A stretch of DNA of 64,000 bases from Theionarchaea archaeon (GTDB taxonomy: Archaea > Methanobacteriota_B > Thermococci > Methanofastidiosales > SZ-28-30): the NCBI GenBank assembly GCA_018992685.1, contig JACVGT010000011.1, forward strand, positions 128,001-192,000, given 5' to 3'. Positions 47,324 to 57,134 of this stretch are shown here, in pieces. Under the pieces are notes generated by a model. It did not search any database and had not been told where the DNA came from. It saw only the letters and a program-made list of their open reading frames with translations. Numbering within the stretch: the stretch's first letter is position 1; every line of letters starts with the position of its first letter. The position numbers and the translations under genes are program-made.

Positions 47324-48580
47324 ATGAAGAAAAAGACGGAACAGTATAAATTCAAAAAAATGCTCGATCATCTTTCATCTTTTAAAGGGAGACACACTGA
47401 GCTTGTCTCTTTGTATATACCCGCAGGGTATGAAATCCCCAAAGTAGCCCAGCAGATAAGGGATGAACAGGGGACCGCAGTCAATATTAAATCTACCACC
47501 ACCCGGAAGAACGTGTTGGGAGCACTAGAAAGGGTATCACAGCATCTCACCCTGTTCAAGGAGCCTCCTCCCAATGGCCTGGTGATCTTCTGTGGTAATG
47601 TCTCAGAGAGAGAAGGTGTTTCTGATATCCAGTTGTTTTCGTTTGAGCCCTTAAAGCCGTTGAGTACCCGAATTTACCGATGTGATCAGGAATTCGTGCT
47701 GGAGCCTTTATATGATATGCTGGAGGCAAAAGAGGTCTATGGGTTATTGATTGTAGAGAGAAATGAAGCCACTGTGGGGATACTGAAGGGGAAGAGTATC
47801 AGTATGGCGGATTACATGACCTCAGGAGTCCCGGGGAAGACCCGGGCAGGAGGACAGTCAGCTCATCGGTTCGAGAGGCTGAGAGATGCTGCAGACCATG
47901 AATTCAGGAAGAGGATCGCAGAACATGCCAACCGCATTTTCCTGGATGAAAAGAACCTGTCGGGAATTCTGGTAGGAGGTCCCGGACACACCAAGAACAA
48001 GTTTTTTGAGGGAGGGTTCCTGCATCACGAGTTGCAGAAAAAGGTTATTGGCATTGTGGATACCAGCTACAATGGGGAGTATGGGTTGAGGGAACTGGTG
48101 GACCGCGGAGAAGACATCCTGCAGAATCTGGAAATGACCCACGAACGGGACCTGGTGCAGCAATTTTTGAGGCAGCTGGTTAATGATGAGCCGGTGACGT
48201 ACGGAGAGAAGGAGGTGCGCTACGCCCTGCAGATAGGTGCTGTGGAGACAGTGTTGTTGTCAGAGGATGTGGACTTATACCGGGTTAGGATAGCATGCGA
48301 GGTCTGCAACCACACAGAAGAGATGACCCTCTCGGGCGAGAAACTGAGGAAGTTCAGAGAAGGAATTGCAGATTCGAATTGCCCTCAATGCGGTAATGTG
48401 AAGCTAGTCATCAAAGAGGAAAAGGAGCTGGTGGAAGACTTCACTGAATTGGCAGAGGCAACAGGAGCTGAAGTGGAATTGATTTCCACCGAGACTGAGG
48501 AAGGTTCGCAATTGTTCAAGGCATTTGGCGGGATAGCTGCTTTGTTGCGATTCAGGGTGGAACAGACTGTGTTGCCGTAG
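47324..48580 (+). CDS. prf1: Peptide chain release factor aRF1
   Basis: NIKS, YRCD, GGQS, Zn ribbon, FGGIAALLRF. Confidence 0.98.
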   Translation: MKKKTEQYKFKKMLDHLSSFKGRHTELVSLYIPAGYEIPKVAQQIRDEQGTAVNIKSTTTRKNVLGALERVSQHLTLFKEPPPNGLVIFCGNVSEREGVSDIQLFSFEPLKPLSTRIYRCDQEFVLEPLYDMLEAKEVYGLLIVERNEATVGILKGKSISMADYMTSGVPGKTRAGGQSAHRFERLRDAADHEFRKRIAEHANRIFLDEKNLSGILVGGPGHTKNKFFEGGFLHHELQKKVIGIVDTSYNGEYGLRELVDRGEDILQNLEMTHERDLVQQFLRQLVNDEPVTYGEKEVRYALQIGAVETVLLSEDVDLYRVRIACEVCNHTEEMTLSGEKLRKFREGIADSNCPQCGNVKLVIKEEKELVEDFTELAEATGAEVELISTETEEGSQLFKAFGGIAALLRFRVEQTVLP

Positions 48581-49877
48581 AGTTGATTGTCGATCCGACA
48601 ACCTTGATTTCTGTCTCTTTCTTGACTGATCCGTGTTTTCCTTGAGCATTTGCCGTGATTGTGTACTCCCCTGCAGCTTTATATGTATGTTCAGTAGGGA
48701 AGAAGTCGGGGTGGGACGTTTCTCCAGTGCTGCCGTCTCCCCAATCCCAAGTAACGGTATCGGCATTAATCACATTGCCATTAATCGTTACAACCTTGCC
48801 GCAGACTTGGGGGCAAGGAGGACCAACTATTCTTATCCGAGGTAGTGCCTCTTTTGAATAGACGTCATAGCGGACCAATGTCGAGGTGGACAGCAAATAT
48901 GCGTCATCAAGTGCTCGTAATATTGACCAGAGATCCTTCTGTTTGACAATTATCTGTCTAGTTCTGTTGAATTCCAAATCCAGAACATACTGGTTACAAA
49001 CATCATCCAGCGTATCTGGGGTAATCAGTGCCAGAGTTTTACTTTCCAGAATGCTGTAAAGTTTCCTGACCTTCTTTGGATCATTTTTCGACAATTCCAC
49101 CAGCAAATTGGTGTTGTCCACAAGATTTAGTTGTTCCAGGGTAGGTTTCTTTGATTCAACCTTCTCCATGAACACTTCCATGAAACTGAAGATTATCTCG
49201 AACTGGTCTCTGTTGAAAATGTAGATTCTCTTATTCCTTGTATCATAGATGCAGTCAACTTCCTTGTCTACAGTGAGGGCAGGCTCATCAAGTCTATTGA
49301 AGACTCCGTCTCTCACAAAGAGCGGAATCAATCCTGCATTCTCTAGTATCCTGCCTGGTGTGAATTTCCTGAATAGTACGAGTCCGGCGTCTCTTATATG
49401 TACAGCCATTGCCCAGGGAACTCCATTATCTTTGATATTATAACTGTCCAAACCAAGTGACTGCATGTCCTTGTATATCTTGGGAAAGTGATCAACCTTA
49501 CTTGCTTCAATTTGCTCGATTACAGACTGGTCGGCGACAATACCGGGACTATATTTGCGTAAACACAGTCCATCTATCTTTAGCAGACCATCCATTTTGT
49601 TTTCGCCTATTCCCTCTAATACTAAGCCAACATCCCAAGTAATATCTGTTTGAAGAACTTCGTACGTGATTTCATAGTCTCCGCTTGCTGGATTATTGTT
49701 TCCTTTCTTACCTCCTAGGTTCTGATCTTTCAATCTCCTGTTTTCTTCTTTCCGCTTTCGCTTATGTCTATTAATAAAGAATAGCTCAACACTACTTGGT
49801 GAAGCTCCTACGAGCCTGCCCTTCATACTTCCCAGTAACACGTTGGCATCTACTACATTGTTGGTATCTTCCTCCAT
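48552..49877 (-). CDS. kwaB: Kiwa KwaB-like (DUF4868) protein with C-terminal PKD domain
   Basis: FRKF..., LTVDKEVDCI, FEIIFSF, ILRALDDAYLLS typical of KwaB; then WDWGDG...HTY..AGEYTI (PKD). Confidence 0.78.
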   Translation of the reverse strand: MEEDTNNVVDANVLLGSMKGRLVGASPSSVELFFINRHKRKRKEENRRLKDQNLGGKKGNNNPASGDYEITYEVLQTDITWDVGLVLEGIGENKMDGLLKIDGLCLRKYSPGIVADQSVIEQIEASKVDHFPKIYKDMQSLGLDSYNIKDNGVPWAMAVHIRDAGLVLFRKFTPGRILENAGLIPLFVRDGVFNRLDEPALTVDKEVDCIYDTRNKRIYIFNRDQFEIIFSFMEVFMEKVESKKPTLEQLNLVDNTNLLVELSKNDPKKVRKLYSILESKTLALITPDTLDDVCNQYVLDLEFNRTRQIIVKQKDLWSILRALDDAYLLSTSTLVRYDVYSKEALPRIRIVGPPCPQVCGKVVTINGNVINADTVTWDWGDGSTGETSHPDFFPTEHTYKAAGEYTITANAQGKHGSVKKETEIKVVGSTINSTATQSVPP

Positions 49878-50431
49878 TACCTCACCTCCTCATCGTAGGT
49901 GTTATCTGATTCTGTGTCCTTTTTTCCTATATCAAGATATATATTATCTGACATTCTTGTGGCGTGAATCAGCTTTCCTCTTGCCAGCTTGAATTTTCTA
50001 GTTATAAGCACGATATTTCCACCCTTGACAGCTTCTACATCGTGGATCTTGAATCCAAAAACATTCAACAGCGGATTTATGAATATGAGATTCGAGTGGA
50101 TGTAGACGAAGAAAATCACAATCAGCAGTATCACAATGGAGGCAACATCCTGCCATTGAGTGAATTCGAACCCCAGAAAAACAATAATATATGCTATTAT
50201 GTAGTCCAATGCGTCACTGGTTCTGTTTTTCGATTTTTTGACATTGAATCTCCTAGGATTCCATTTCCTTGCAATCATAAAGACTGGGATCCAGATTGAA
50301 TTCACAAGTAACAATACAAGAATGGAAATCCAGAAGTTCCTTGATCCCACTTCAAAGTACTTGATAATGAAAATCAACAAGAGAGGTGAGTATGCACTGA
50401 CAAACAAGAGACTTCGAACCCAGCCCCTCAT
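49877..50431 (-). CDS. kwaA: Kiwa KwaA-like membrane protein
   Basis: LFVSAYSPL, YIIAYII, YIHSNLIFINPLLNVFGFKIH; about 4 TM; 1-bp overlap with kwaB. Confidence 0.82.
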   Translation of the reverse strand: MRGWVRSLLFVSAYSPLLLIFIIKYFEVGSRNFWISILVLLLVNSIWIPVFMIARKWNPRRFNVKKSKNRTSDALDYIIAYIIVFLGFEFTQWQDVASIVILLIVIFFVYIHSNLIFINPLLNVFGFKIHDVEAVKGGNIVLITRKFKLARGKLIHATRMSDNIYLDIGKKDTESDNTYDEEVR

Positions 50432-50664
50432 CTTCCCACCCCTGACAGAGCTCTGTAACCCTTCTCAAGTGATGACTGCCCTTTCCCCTGGCAGCATACT
50501 TCAGCACGTTTTGAGATGCGTGGAATCACCACAACCACCGCAGGTTCTTACGTGGTAGAAGTATTTACCCTTTTGGTATGTACTATTTTGTGTAAACCCA
50601 GGATTTACCTTTGGGTTTCCAAGGCATCAAAAAGCTTAAGTAGTCTCTCTTTTCTTCTGCACCA

Positions 50665-52368
50665 ATGTTTGAAATCAGGGCAAAAGATGGACTGGGAAGA
50701 ATTGGCCGCCTTGAAATACATGGAAAAGTAGTAGAAACTCCAGCACTCATGCCTGTAATCAACCCGAAAAAGGCTGAAATCACCCCCCGTGAAATACAGG
50801 AGAGGTTCAAGGCCCAGATGATTATTACCAATGCATATATTATCTATGAATCCTCCTTGCGGGAAGAAGCTGCATCCAGAGGGGTTCATACATTGCTGGA
50901 TTTTGACGGGGTTATTGCCACGGATTCAGGAAGCTTCCAGCTCATGAACTATGGGAATATTACCGTCACCAACCAAGAGATTATCGAATTCCAGCAGGCC
51001 ATCAAGTCTGATATATCAACCTTCCTGGATATCCCTACAACTCCTACCTGCACTTACGAAAGGGCTCTCACCGATCTGGAGGCTACCCTGGAGCGAGCTC
51101 GGGAAGCACAGAACCTCAAGAAAGGGTTCATGAATGGTACAGTCCAGGGAGGGAGGTTCCTTGATCTGCGGGAGAGGGCCTGTAAAGAACTGGCCACCAT
51201 GGACTTTGAGATCCATCCCCTGGGAGCTGTGGTCCCTTTCCTGTTGAAATACTCATTTACGCCCTTGATAGACATTATTCTCACCTGTAAGAAACATCTA
51301 CCAGTTGAGAGGCCTGTCCACTTGTTTGGAGCTGGCCATCCGCTGTTGTTGCCACTGGCGGTTTTGTGTGGATGTGATCTCTTTGATTCAGCAGCCTACA
51401 TTCTCTATGCCAAAGGAACCAGGTACCTGACACCATCAGGCACCAAGAATCTGGAAGACCTTGTCTATTTCCCTTGTGAGTGTCCCGAATGCTCAAGGAC
51501 CGATCCAGAAACAGTCTCCAGACTTTCCTCCCAGGAGAAAATTGCCTTTCTCACCAGACACAACCTGTATTCCACGTTTGGGGAACTCAAGAGGATAAAA
51601 CAGGCCATTCATGAAGGTTCGTTGTGGGAACTCGTAGAATCAAGAATCAGGTCACACCCCAATTTGCTGGAGTCATACCGTGTCATCAAGAAATACTCTG
51701 ACTTTATTGAAACTTATGAGCCGTTCACTAAGCGGAGTGGTTTTTCCTATACGGGGGCAGAAACCCAGTTCAGACCGGTGACAGCCCGGGCCAGATCCAG
51801 GATAGCCCGTATAAGAGGCGAAACCTTTGAACATCCCGTGTTTGGTCAGGTTCCCGTTTCCCTGAGCCAGACCTACCCTTTTCATACTGACGAGGTAGTC
51901 AGTCTGACAGAAAAGGACATGATCAGAGACATTGCAGTATACCAGTTTGGTGTGGAGGCTGCCCCCCTGTTTGAAAAAGCGAAAATCTCCTATGGAAGAA
52001 CGGGAAAAGTACGCCATCTGCACGAAGACGGCTCCCTCCTGGCCACCCTGCGTCCCATGGATGGGCTGTTCGTTTTGACTTTTGAGGGGGCACAGAAGCT
52101 GCATTCCCTGGTCCCACCTCCCCAAAGACGAGTTGTAGCAGATGAAGAAGCCATCCCCTTTGTGAAGGATGGTAAAGACTTGTTTTCTCGATTTGTTGTC
52201 TCCATGGATGAAACCCTGCGCGCGTACGAAGAAGTGCTCATAACTGATAGGGCAGACATCCTTCTTGGAGTGGGACGGCTGACGATGTCTCCACCAGAGG
52301 TTCAGGCTTTTAAGAGAGGAGTTGCAGTGTACTGCAGGAGAGGTGCTGATGCCATACGTGATCCTTGA
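50665..52368 (+). CDS. tgtA: Archaeosine tRNA-guanine(15) transglycosylase
   Basis: FEIRAKDGLGRIG, TDSGSFQL, HLFGAGHP, FDSAAY, CECPEC, C-terminal PUA domain. Confidence 0.97.
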   Translation: MFEIRAKDGLGRIGRLEIHGKVVETPALMPVINPKKAEITPREIQERFKAQMIITNAYIIYESSLREEAASRGVHTLLDFDGVIATDSGSFQLMNYGNITVTNQEIIEFQQAIKSDISTFLDIPTTPTCTYERALTDLEATLERAREAQNLKKGFMNGTVQGGRFLDLRERACKELATMDFEIHPLGAVVPFLLKYSFTPLIDIILTCKKHLPVERPVHLFGAGHPLLLPLAVLCGCDLFDSAAYILYAKGTRYLTPSGTKNLEDLVYFPCECPECSRTDPETVSRLSSQEKIAFLTRHNLYSTFGELKRIKQAIHEGSLWELVESRIRSHPNLLESYRVIKKYSDFIETYEPFTKRSGFSYTGAETQFRPVTARARSRIARIRGETFEHPVFGQVPVSLSQTYPFHTDEVVSLTEKDMIRDIAVYQFGVEAAPLFEKAKISYGRTGKVRHLHEDGSLLATLRPMDGLFVLTFEGAQKLHSLVPPPQRRVVADEEAIPFVKDGKDLFSRFVVSMDETLRAYEEVLITDRADILLGVGRLTMSPPEVQAFKRGVAVYCRRGADAIRDP

Positions 52369-52999
52369 TTCTCAGACAAAGAAGAGAGAATTGAAGAAAG
52401 TTGCCCCCTCCCTGTACTACTGTACTCCAGATAGGCTGAAACGGTACCCCGCTGCATTGTGTTTCCAGAAGAGAAAAGTCAAAAAATACCGCCTTCAGCA
52501 GAGACAGAAGCATGTGGGTTACATCCTCATGTGGTACAGGATCGAAAATCACGCAGACAAGAACCGTAAAATCGTGCACCGCATGATCGAGAAATCGTTG
52601 GGATTCCCTGTTGCCCGCTCATTGATCGCCTTCCCCTATATACACTATGAGTCAGATATGCCCTTCCTATCTCCCCAGAGGATTTTCACCCGTGCCCAGA
52701 GCTTGGATATTAATATGTCCAGGGTTGGTGTCCTCACCCCCCTCGGGAAGACTCATGAACGCTTGCGAGAAAGAGCAGAGCACTATATGAGAAGCAAGTA
52801 CGAACATCTCATACGACGGGTCTTGAAAGCTCCTCATGACAGGAGGACACGGAGTGAGATTCGCCAGAGCTATAAGAAACTGAAGCACAAGGGAAGAACA
52901 TTATCTGCAATTCTAGGAACTGATGTAACAAAGTTGGAGAGAAAGACATATACTATCATCTGGAAGTGGGAAAAAATAGGACAGACACAAAAAAAATAA
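52349..52999 (+). CDS. Basic hypothetical protein coupled to tgtA
   Basis: ATG at 52349 after RBS gaggtg; overlaps the tgtA end; K/R-rich. Confidence 0.7.
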   Translation: MPYVILDSQTKKRELKKVAPSLYYCTPDRLKRYPAALCFQKRKVKKYRLQQRQKHVGYILMWYRIENHADKNRKIVHRMIEKSLGFPVARSLIAFPYIHYESDMPFLSPQRIFTRAQSLDINMSRVGVLTPLGKTHERLRERAEHYMRSKYEHLIRRVLKAPHDRRTRSEIRQSYKKLKHKGRTLSAILGTDVTKLERKTYTIIWKWEKIGQTQKK

Positions 53000-53141
53000 A
53001 TGGAAAATTTTTGAGATTTTTATTTGCAAATGTGATATAAATCGGCGATCTGAAACTTATTTTTTATTAAAATCGATGAAGCTGCCTGTCCTGTTGATTT
53101 ATTCTTTTTTTATGCAATATTTGAAGTTTTGCGAGTGCAGC

Positions 53142-53160
53142 GAAAAGATTTTATAAACGG
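53142..53160 (+). promoter_or_regulatory. BRE/TATA promoter, identical copy at 53746-53764
   Basis: gaaaagattttataaacgg ends 28 bp before the ATG of both LysW-like genes. Confidence 0.75.
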
Positions 53161-53188
53161 TAAAAGATCAAGGCGGGAGGTGATACAC

Positions 53189-53362
53189 ATGATACTGGAA
53201 TGCCCCATCTGTGATGCAACGATCACAATAAACAATCCCAAGGAAGGAGCCATTGTGGTATGCGAGGAATGTGATACAGAGTTCGAGCTTGTTCAGTTCG
53301 ATGATGAATGGGATCTCTTGGAAGTTGGAGAAGAAGACTGGGAAGAGGAAGAGGATTTCTGA
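53189..53362 (+). CDS. LysW-like Zn-ribbon acidic protein, copy 1
   Basis: CPIC...CEEC, ends EEDWEEEEDF; RBS ggaggtga. Confidence 0.8.
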   Translation: MILECPICDATITINNPKEGAIVVCEECDTEFELVQFDDEWDLLEVGEEDWEEEEDF

Positions 53363-53792
53363 TTTATCTTCCTTGACTTTTTTTATTTTCATGCATGGAG
53401 TTAGCTTCAAATCATTGCTTCTTAATTTTTGAATATCCTGATGAGTACAGACTTCTCAAGAAGACACGAATTGCTGAGTGGATTCTTGTGGGAAGACTAT
53501 GAGACGCTCTCTGTGAACTCTGTGTCTTGTGAATGCGGGCAGGGCGCACGCTGATGCTGTGAAAGCTTTTGATGGAATAATAGGACAGACACCGGGTAAC
53601 TTAGAATGACGAGAAAGAGGAGATTATGAGGTAGCTCCATATTGAGTGACATTCTGTAATTTATTTTTTCATTTTTATTATCCATGGTGCCGATAAGAAG
53701 GGTTAAATCCATCTTTTGACGTGTAACACCACGAGGAAATCAATAGAAAAGATTTTATAAACGGGCTAATCAACGCCACCGAGGTGTTCTAC

Positions 53793-53966
53793 ATGATGTT
53801 GGAGTGTCCAATTTGTGACGCCGCTATCAACGTGAAGAATCCACAAGAAGGAGATATCGTTACCTGCAAGGAATGCGATACAGAGTTCGAGCTTGTTCAG
53901 TTCGATGATGAATGGGATCTCTTAGAAGTGGGAGAGGAAGACTGGGAAGAGGATAAAGATCTCTAA
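53793..53966 (+). CDS. LysW-like Zn-ribbon acidic protein, copy 2
   Basis: CPIC...CKEC, ends EEDWEEDKDL; RBS gaggtg. Confidence 0.8.
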   Translation: MMLECPICDAAINVKNPQEGDIVTCKECDTEFELVQFDDEWDLLEVGEEDWEEDKDL

Positions 53967-54060
53967 TCTGTCTTCCTTCTTTTATTTTTGTTCTTCTATC
54001 GAGAAAGGATTGCCCAGGCTGGAGGTCAGTGTCAATTGCATCTGGCTGAAAAGCAGATGA

Positions 54061-55407
54061 TCATGCCATTCTTCTTCTGTACAGTGCTGCAATTATCAAA
54101 GTTATTGAAAGTCCTGCTATTCCAGCTATCCAGTATGGATTGATCCATTCTCTGCCTTTTTCTGGTGAGGATACTTTTGTCGGAACAGGAGACACAGAAG
54201 AAGGGGTGATTTCTCGTGGGGAAGAAGATTCAGGAGGTTCAGGGCTGGGCGTGTCAGGAGGTACGTAGCCAGGCACACCATAACAGTGGACAATCCCATC
54301 CACCGATCCGATGTAGAGGGCACCTCCTGCAATTGCAGGGGAAGATTCGGCAATTTCTCCTGTTTCCATAAGCCAAACTAGCTCACCGGTCTCCCCTTCA
54401 AGACAATATACGTATCCATCATGAGACCCGATGTATACCTTCCCATCGACTGCAGCAGGAGATGAGTCGATATCGTCGCCTGTTTCATAGGACCACACTA
54501 GCTCGCCACTATCACTATCGAGACAATATACAAAGTTATCCCCTGATCCAATATACACGTTCCCATTCATTACCGCGGGTGAGGAATACACAATTTCCTC
54601 TCCAGTATCAAACACCCAGACCAATTCCCCGGTATATGCATCAAAACAATAGAAATAGGAGTCACAGCAAGGATACACATACGAGCCAAAATATACTTTA
54701 CTTCCGTAGACTGTGGGAGAGGAACGCACTCTGACATAGTGTTCTCCCATTGAGTAAGACCAGAGAAGCTGGCCTGTATCTGCTGAGAGGCAATAGACGA
54801 TAGTGTCTCGAGCACCTACAAAAACTCTTCCATCATAAACAGCAGGAGAGGAAGCGATCCATACTCCCGTCTCATAGGCCCAGAGGACTTCTCCCGTATC
54901 TGCTGAAAGGCAATATACCTTTGTATCCCCAGACCCTACGTATACTTCTCCTTCCACTACAACAGGTGAAGTCCACACTGCCTGACCAGTTCTGTATGTC
55001 CAGACTGCCTCTCCTGTCTTCGCATCAAGACAGTACACCGAATGGTCATTCGACCCAATGTACACCTTTCCATTGCTCACAGCAGGAGAAGATACCACTT
55101 CACCTTCTGTCTGGTATGTCCAGACTGCCTCTCCTGTCTTCGCATCAAGACAGTACACCGAATGGTCATTCGACCCAATGTACACCTTTCCATTGCTCAC
55201 AGCAGGAGAAGATGCCACAGCACCGCCCGTTTGATACGTCCACAGCTCCTCCAATTTGTCAGGCAGGCTACACTGAGAATATCCTGTGTGTACAGCATTC
55301 AACCTGAACATGGGCCAATCACAGAATGTCTGAGACATGCACCATGAACTGGCATATCCAGCACACAATACCAGTACCAGGACACTGACTCCGCATTTCC
55401 ATTTCAT
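54061..55407 (-). CDS. PQQ-like (BamB-type) beta-propeller surface protein
   Basis: Signal peptide, WPMFR, eight SSPAV..GKVYIGS-type repeats, Pro/Ser linker, C-terminal TM. Confidence 0.92.
   Translation of the reverse strand: MKWKCGVSVLVLVLCAGYASSWCMSQTFCDWPMFRLNAVHTGYSQCSLPDKLEELWTYQTGGAVASSPAVSNGKVYIGSNDHSVYCLDAKTGEAVWTYQTEGEVVSSPAVSNGKVYIGSNDHSVYCLDAKTGEAVWTYRTGQAVWTSPVVVEGEVYVGSGDTKVYCLSADTGEVLWAYETGVWIASSPAVYDGRVFVGARDTIVYCLSADTGQLLWSYSMGEHYVRVRSSPTVYGSKVYFGSYVYPCCDSYFYCFDAYTGELVWVFDTGEEIVYSSPAVMNGNVYIGSGDNFVYCLDSDSGELVWSYETGDDIDSSPAAVDGKVYIGSHDGYVYCLEGETGELVWLMETGEIAESSPAIAGGALYIGSVDGIVHCYGVPGYVPPDTPSPEPPESSSPREITPSSVSPVPTKVSSPEKGREWINPYWIAGIAGLSITLIIAALYRRRMA
54994..55213. repeat. 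Exact 100-bp direct repeat with 120-bp period (54994-55093 = 55114-55213)
   Basis: Base-by-base identity; encodes two adjacent propeller blades. Confidence 0.92.
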
Positions 55408-55816
55408 AGTATCGCCTTCTGTCTGCTGATAGATGGCATAATTTGGGCTCTATTTAAACCTTTTGTGGGGTCAGTGCAATGGGAAGATCGTGAGCATAGG
55501 TCATCAATTCAGGCTGCCCAGGGTTACCCCAGTGTTCTATCATTGCTGGTCCTCCCGATTTTTCAGTTGACGGTGGATAATTCCATTTCGATTAGTTTCA
55601 AACAGCAGGAAAACTCAGAGTCCTGGATTGTTGATTGTACTCTTGAACTGGAACCTACCATTCTTCGAGGCAGGAAGACCTCCGTCTCTTGTGTATCCAC
55701 CGAGTCTCAGATGTTTAAAAGAACGTATGAAGAGGGAAATTGACTCTCTTGAGTCTAGGAAGGGCAGAAAGCATGCTTCGTTGAGTGCATCTGTCCAGAA
55801 TACCTGCACACAATGA

Positions 55817-56884
55817 CTATTCCTTCCTTTCTGTGCGCACGTTGTAGACGATCCACCACACTCCACATGAGAGAGCTATTGATAACACTATCGACGTGAT
55901 TAGTGCCCTCTCCACGAAGGCATATGGGTTCTCCGCGTACGATACGTGGAATATCACCTTCTGGATCAGGGAACCGGTCCTCATCACGTACTCTTCATGA
56001 ACGATTCTGTCCTGTTCAGAATGAATGTGGGGATACAACCTGTTGGTCGATCTTGTAATGCCTGCAGCTGGTATTCCTTTTCTGTTGAAAGGGACATGAT
56101 CACTAAATAGAGGGCCAATAGAGGGGGTTCCCTCATCTGATAGTCCATATATGAGCTGTGCAAGCCAGAATGAGGCAAACCTGTGAGATCTCAAGCAGGA
56201 AATGTGAAGATCTTCCCCTACACCCACTGTATCAACGCAGATTACGCCTTTCAGATTCGTCTGAAGAGCATCTGCCATGTCGGTGGACTCTGTCAATCCC
56301 TTTTCTTCGCCCGTAAAGAAGGTGATCATGAGCGTGTTCTTGGGAGATTCAGGGATATCCAATTCCAGCAGGATAGCCACTCCTGAAGCATTGTCATCTG
56401 CACCCGGGGAGTCCTCCACCGTGTCAAAGTGAGCACAGAAGAGAAAGGATTCCTCTTTTTCTCCCTGGATTGTGGCTGTGACGTTTGTGTGGTATTCTGG
56501 TGATAATCCCTTCTGGTGTAATATTCTTTCAATGTAGGAAGCAGCCTCCTCTTCTTTTTCACTGGAGTAGGGCCTGGGGCCAACAGCTGTGGAAAGATAA
56601 TCTACGTGGATGAGCGGATCCCCTGTGTACGACAAACTGTAGTCAGGTGCAAACCATGAGGTTAGAGGGGAGATGGTCAGAAAGAAGAAGACAAATGAAA
56701 AAGTTGTTACAAACAAGAGAGATTCAGTCCATTTCTTATGTGCAACAACGTTGAAAAACCACAGTAAAACCAGAAAGAGTATCAGTTCATGGACCATATA
56801 GATGTAATATGGGAAGGGATACCCAACAACAAGTGAGGAGACAATGGTGGCCAGCAACACTGAGAGGGCTAAGAAAGGTTTCAC
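55817..56884 (-). CDS. M28-family membrane-anchored peptidase
   Basis: CAHFDT, PGADDNASG, GEEKGL, SDHVPF, IHSEQD. Confidence 0.9.
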   Translation of the reverse strand: MKPFLALSVLLATIVSSLVVGYPFPYYIYMVHELILFLVLLWFFNVVAHKKWTESLLFVTTFSFVFFFLTISPLTSWFAPDYSLSYTGDPLIHVDYLSTAVGPRPYSSEKEEEAASYIERILHQKGLSPEYHTNVTATIQGEKEESFLFCAHFDTVEDSPGADDNASGVAILLELDIPESPKNTLMITFFTGEEKGLTESTDMADALQTNLKGVICVDTVGVGEDLHISCLRSHRFASFWLAQLIYGLSDEGTPSIGPLFSDHVPFNRKGIPAAGITRSTNRLYPHIHSEQDRIVHEEYVMRTGSLIQKVIFHVSYAENPYAFVERALITSIVLSIALSCGVWWIVYNVRTERKE

Positions 56885-57134
56885 AAGAGGAAATTGAGGA
56901 GATACCTTTTATGGCTTGCGCCCTTGGATTCTCGTCTGCCGGTACATGGTGGATACTTTCGCAAGATGCTTCCTCTCTTACTCGATTCGGGGCACTGGTT
57001 CCTGAAACTGACATCCTGAAGGTTCCTATCCTATCTGCTCGACCGTCACGCCACAAGAAAGTCTCGACACCGTAAGAAGCCTATTATCTCAGGGACCCTG
57101 TTTCTTGTGGAAACTGCGTAGACTTGAGATGGAT

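Noticed and set aside
53430-53570. Hammerhead or C/D-box-like RNA between the LysW-like genes (ctgatgag...ctga)
   Set aside because: The hammerhead GAAA core and stems are not properly placed, and the box spacing is unconvincing.
57051-57110. 10-bp inverted repeat CCACAAGAAA/TTTCTTGTGG
   Set aside because: Single occurrence with a 40-bp spacer and no target duplication; could be a terminator or chance.
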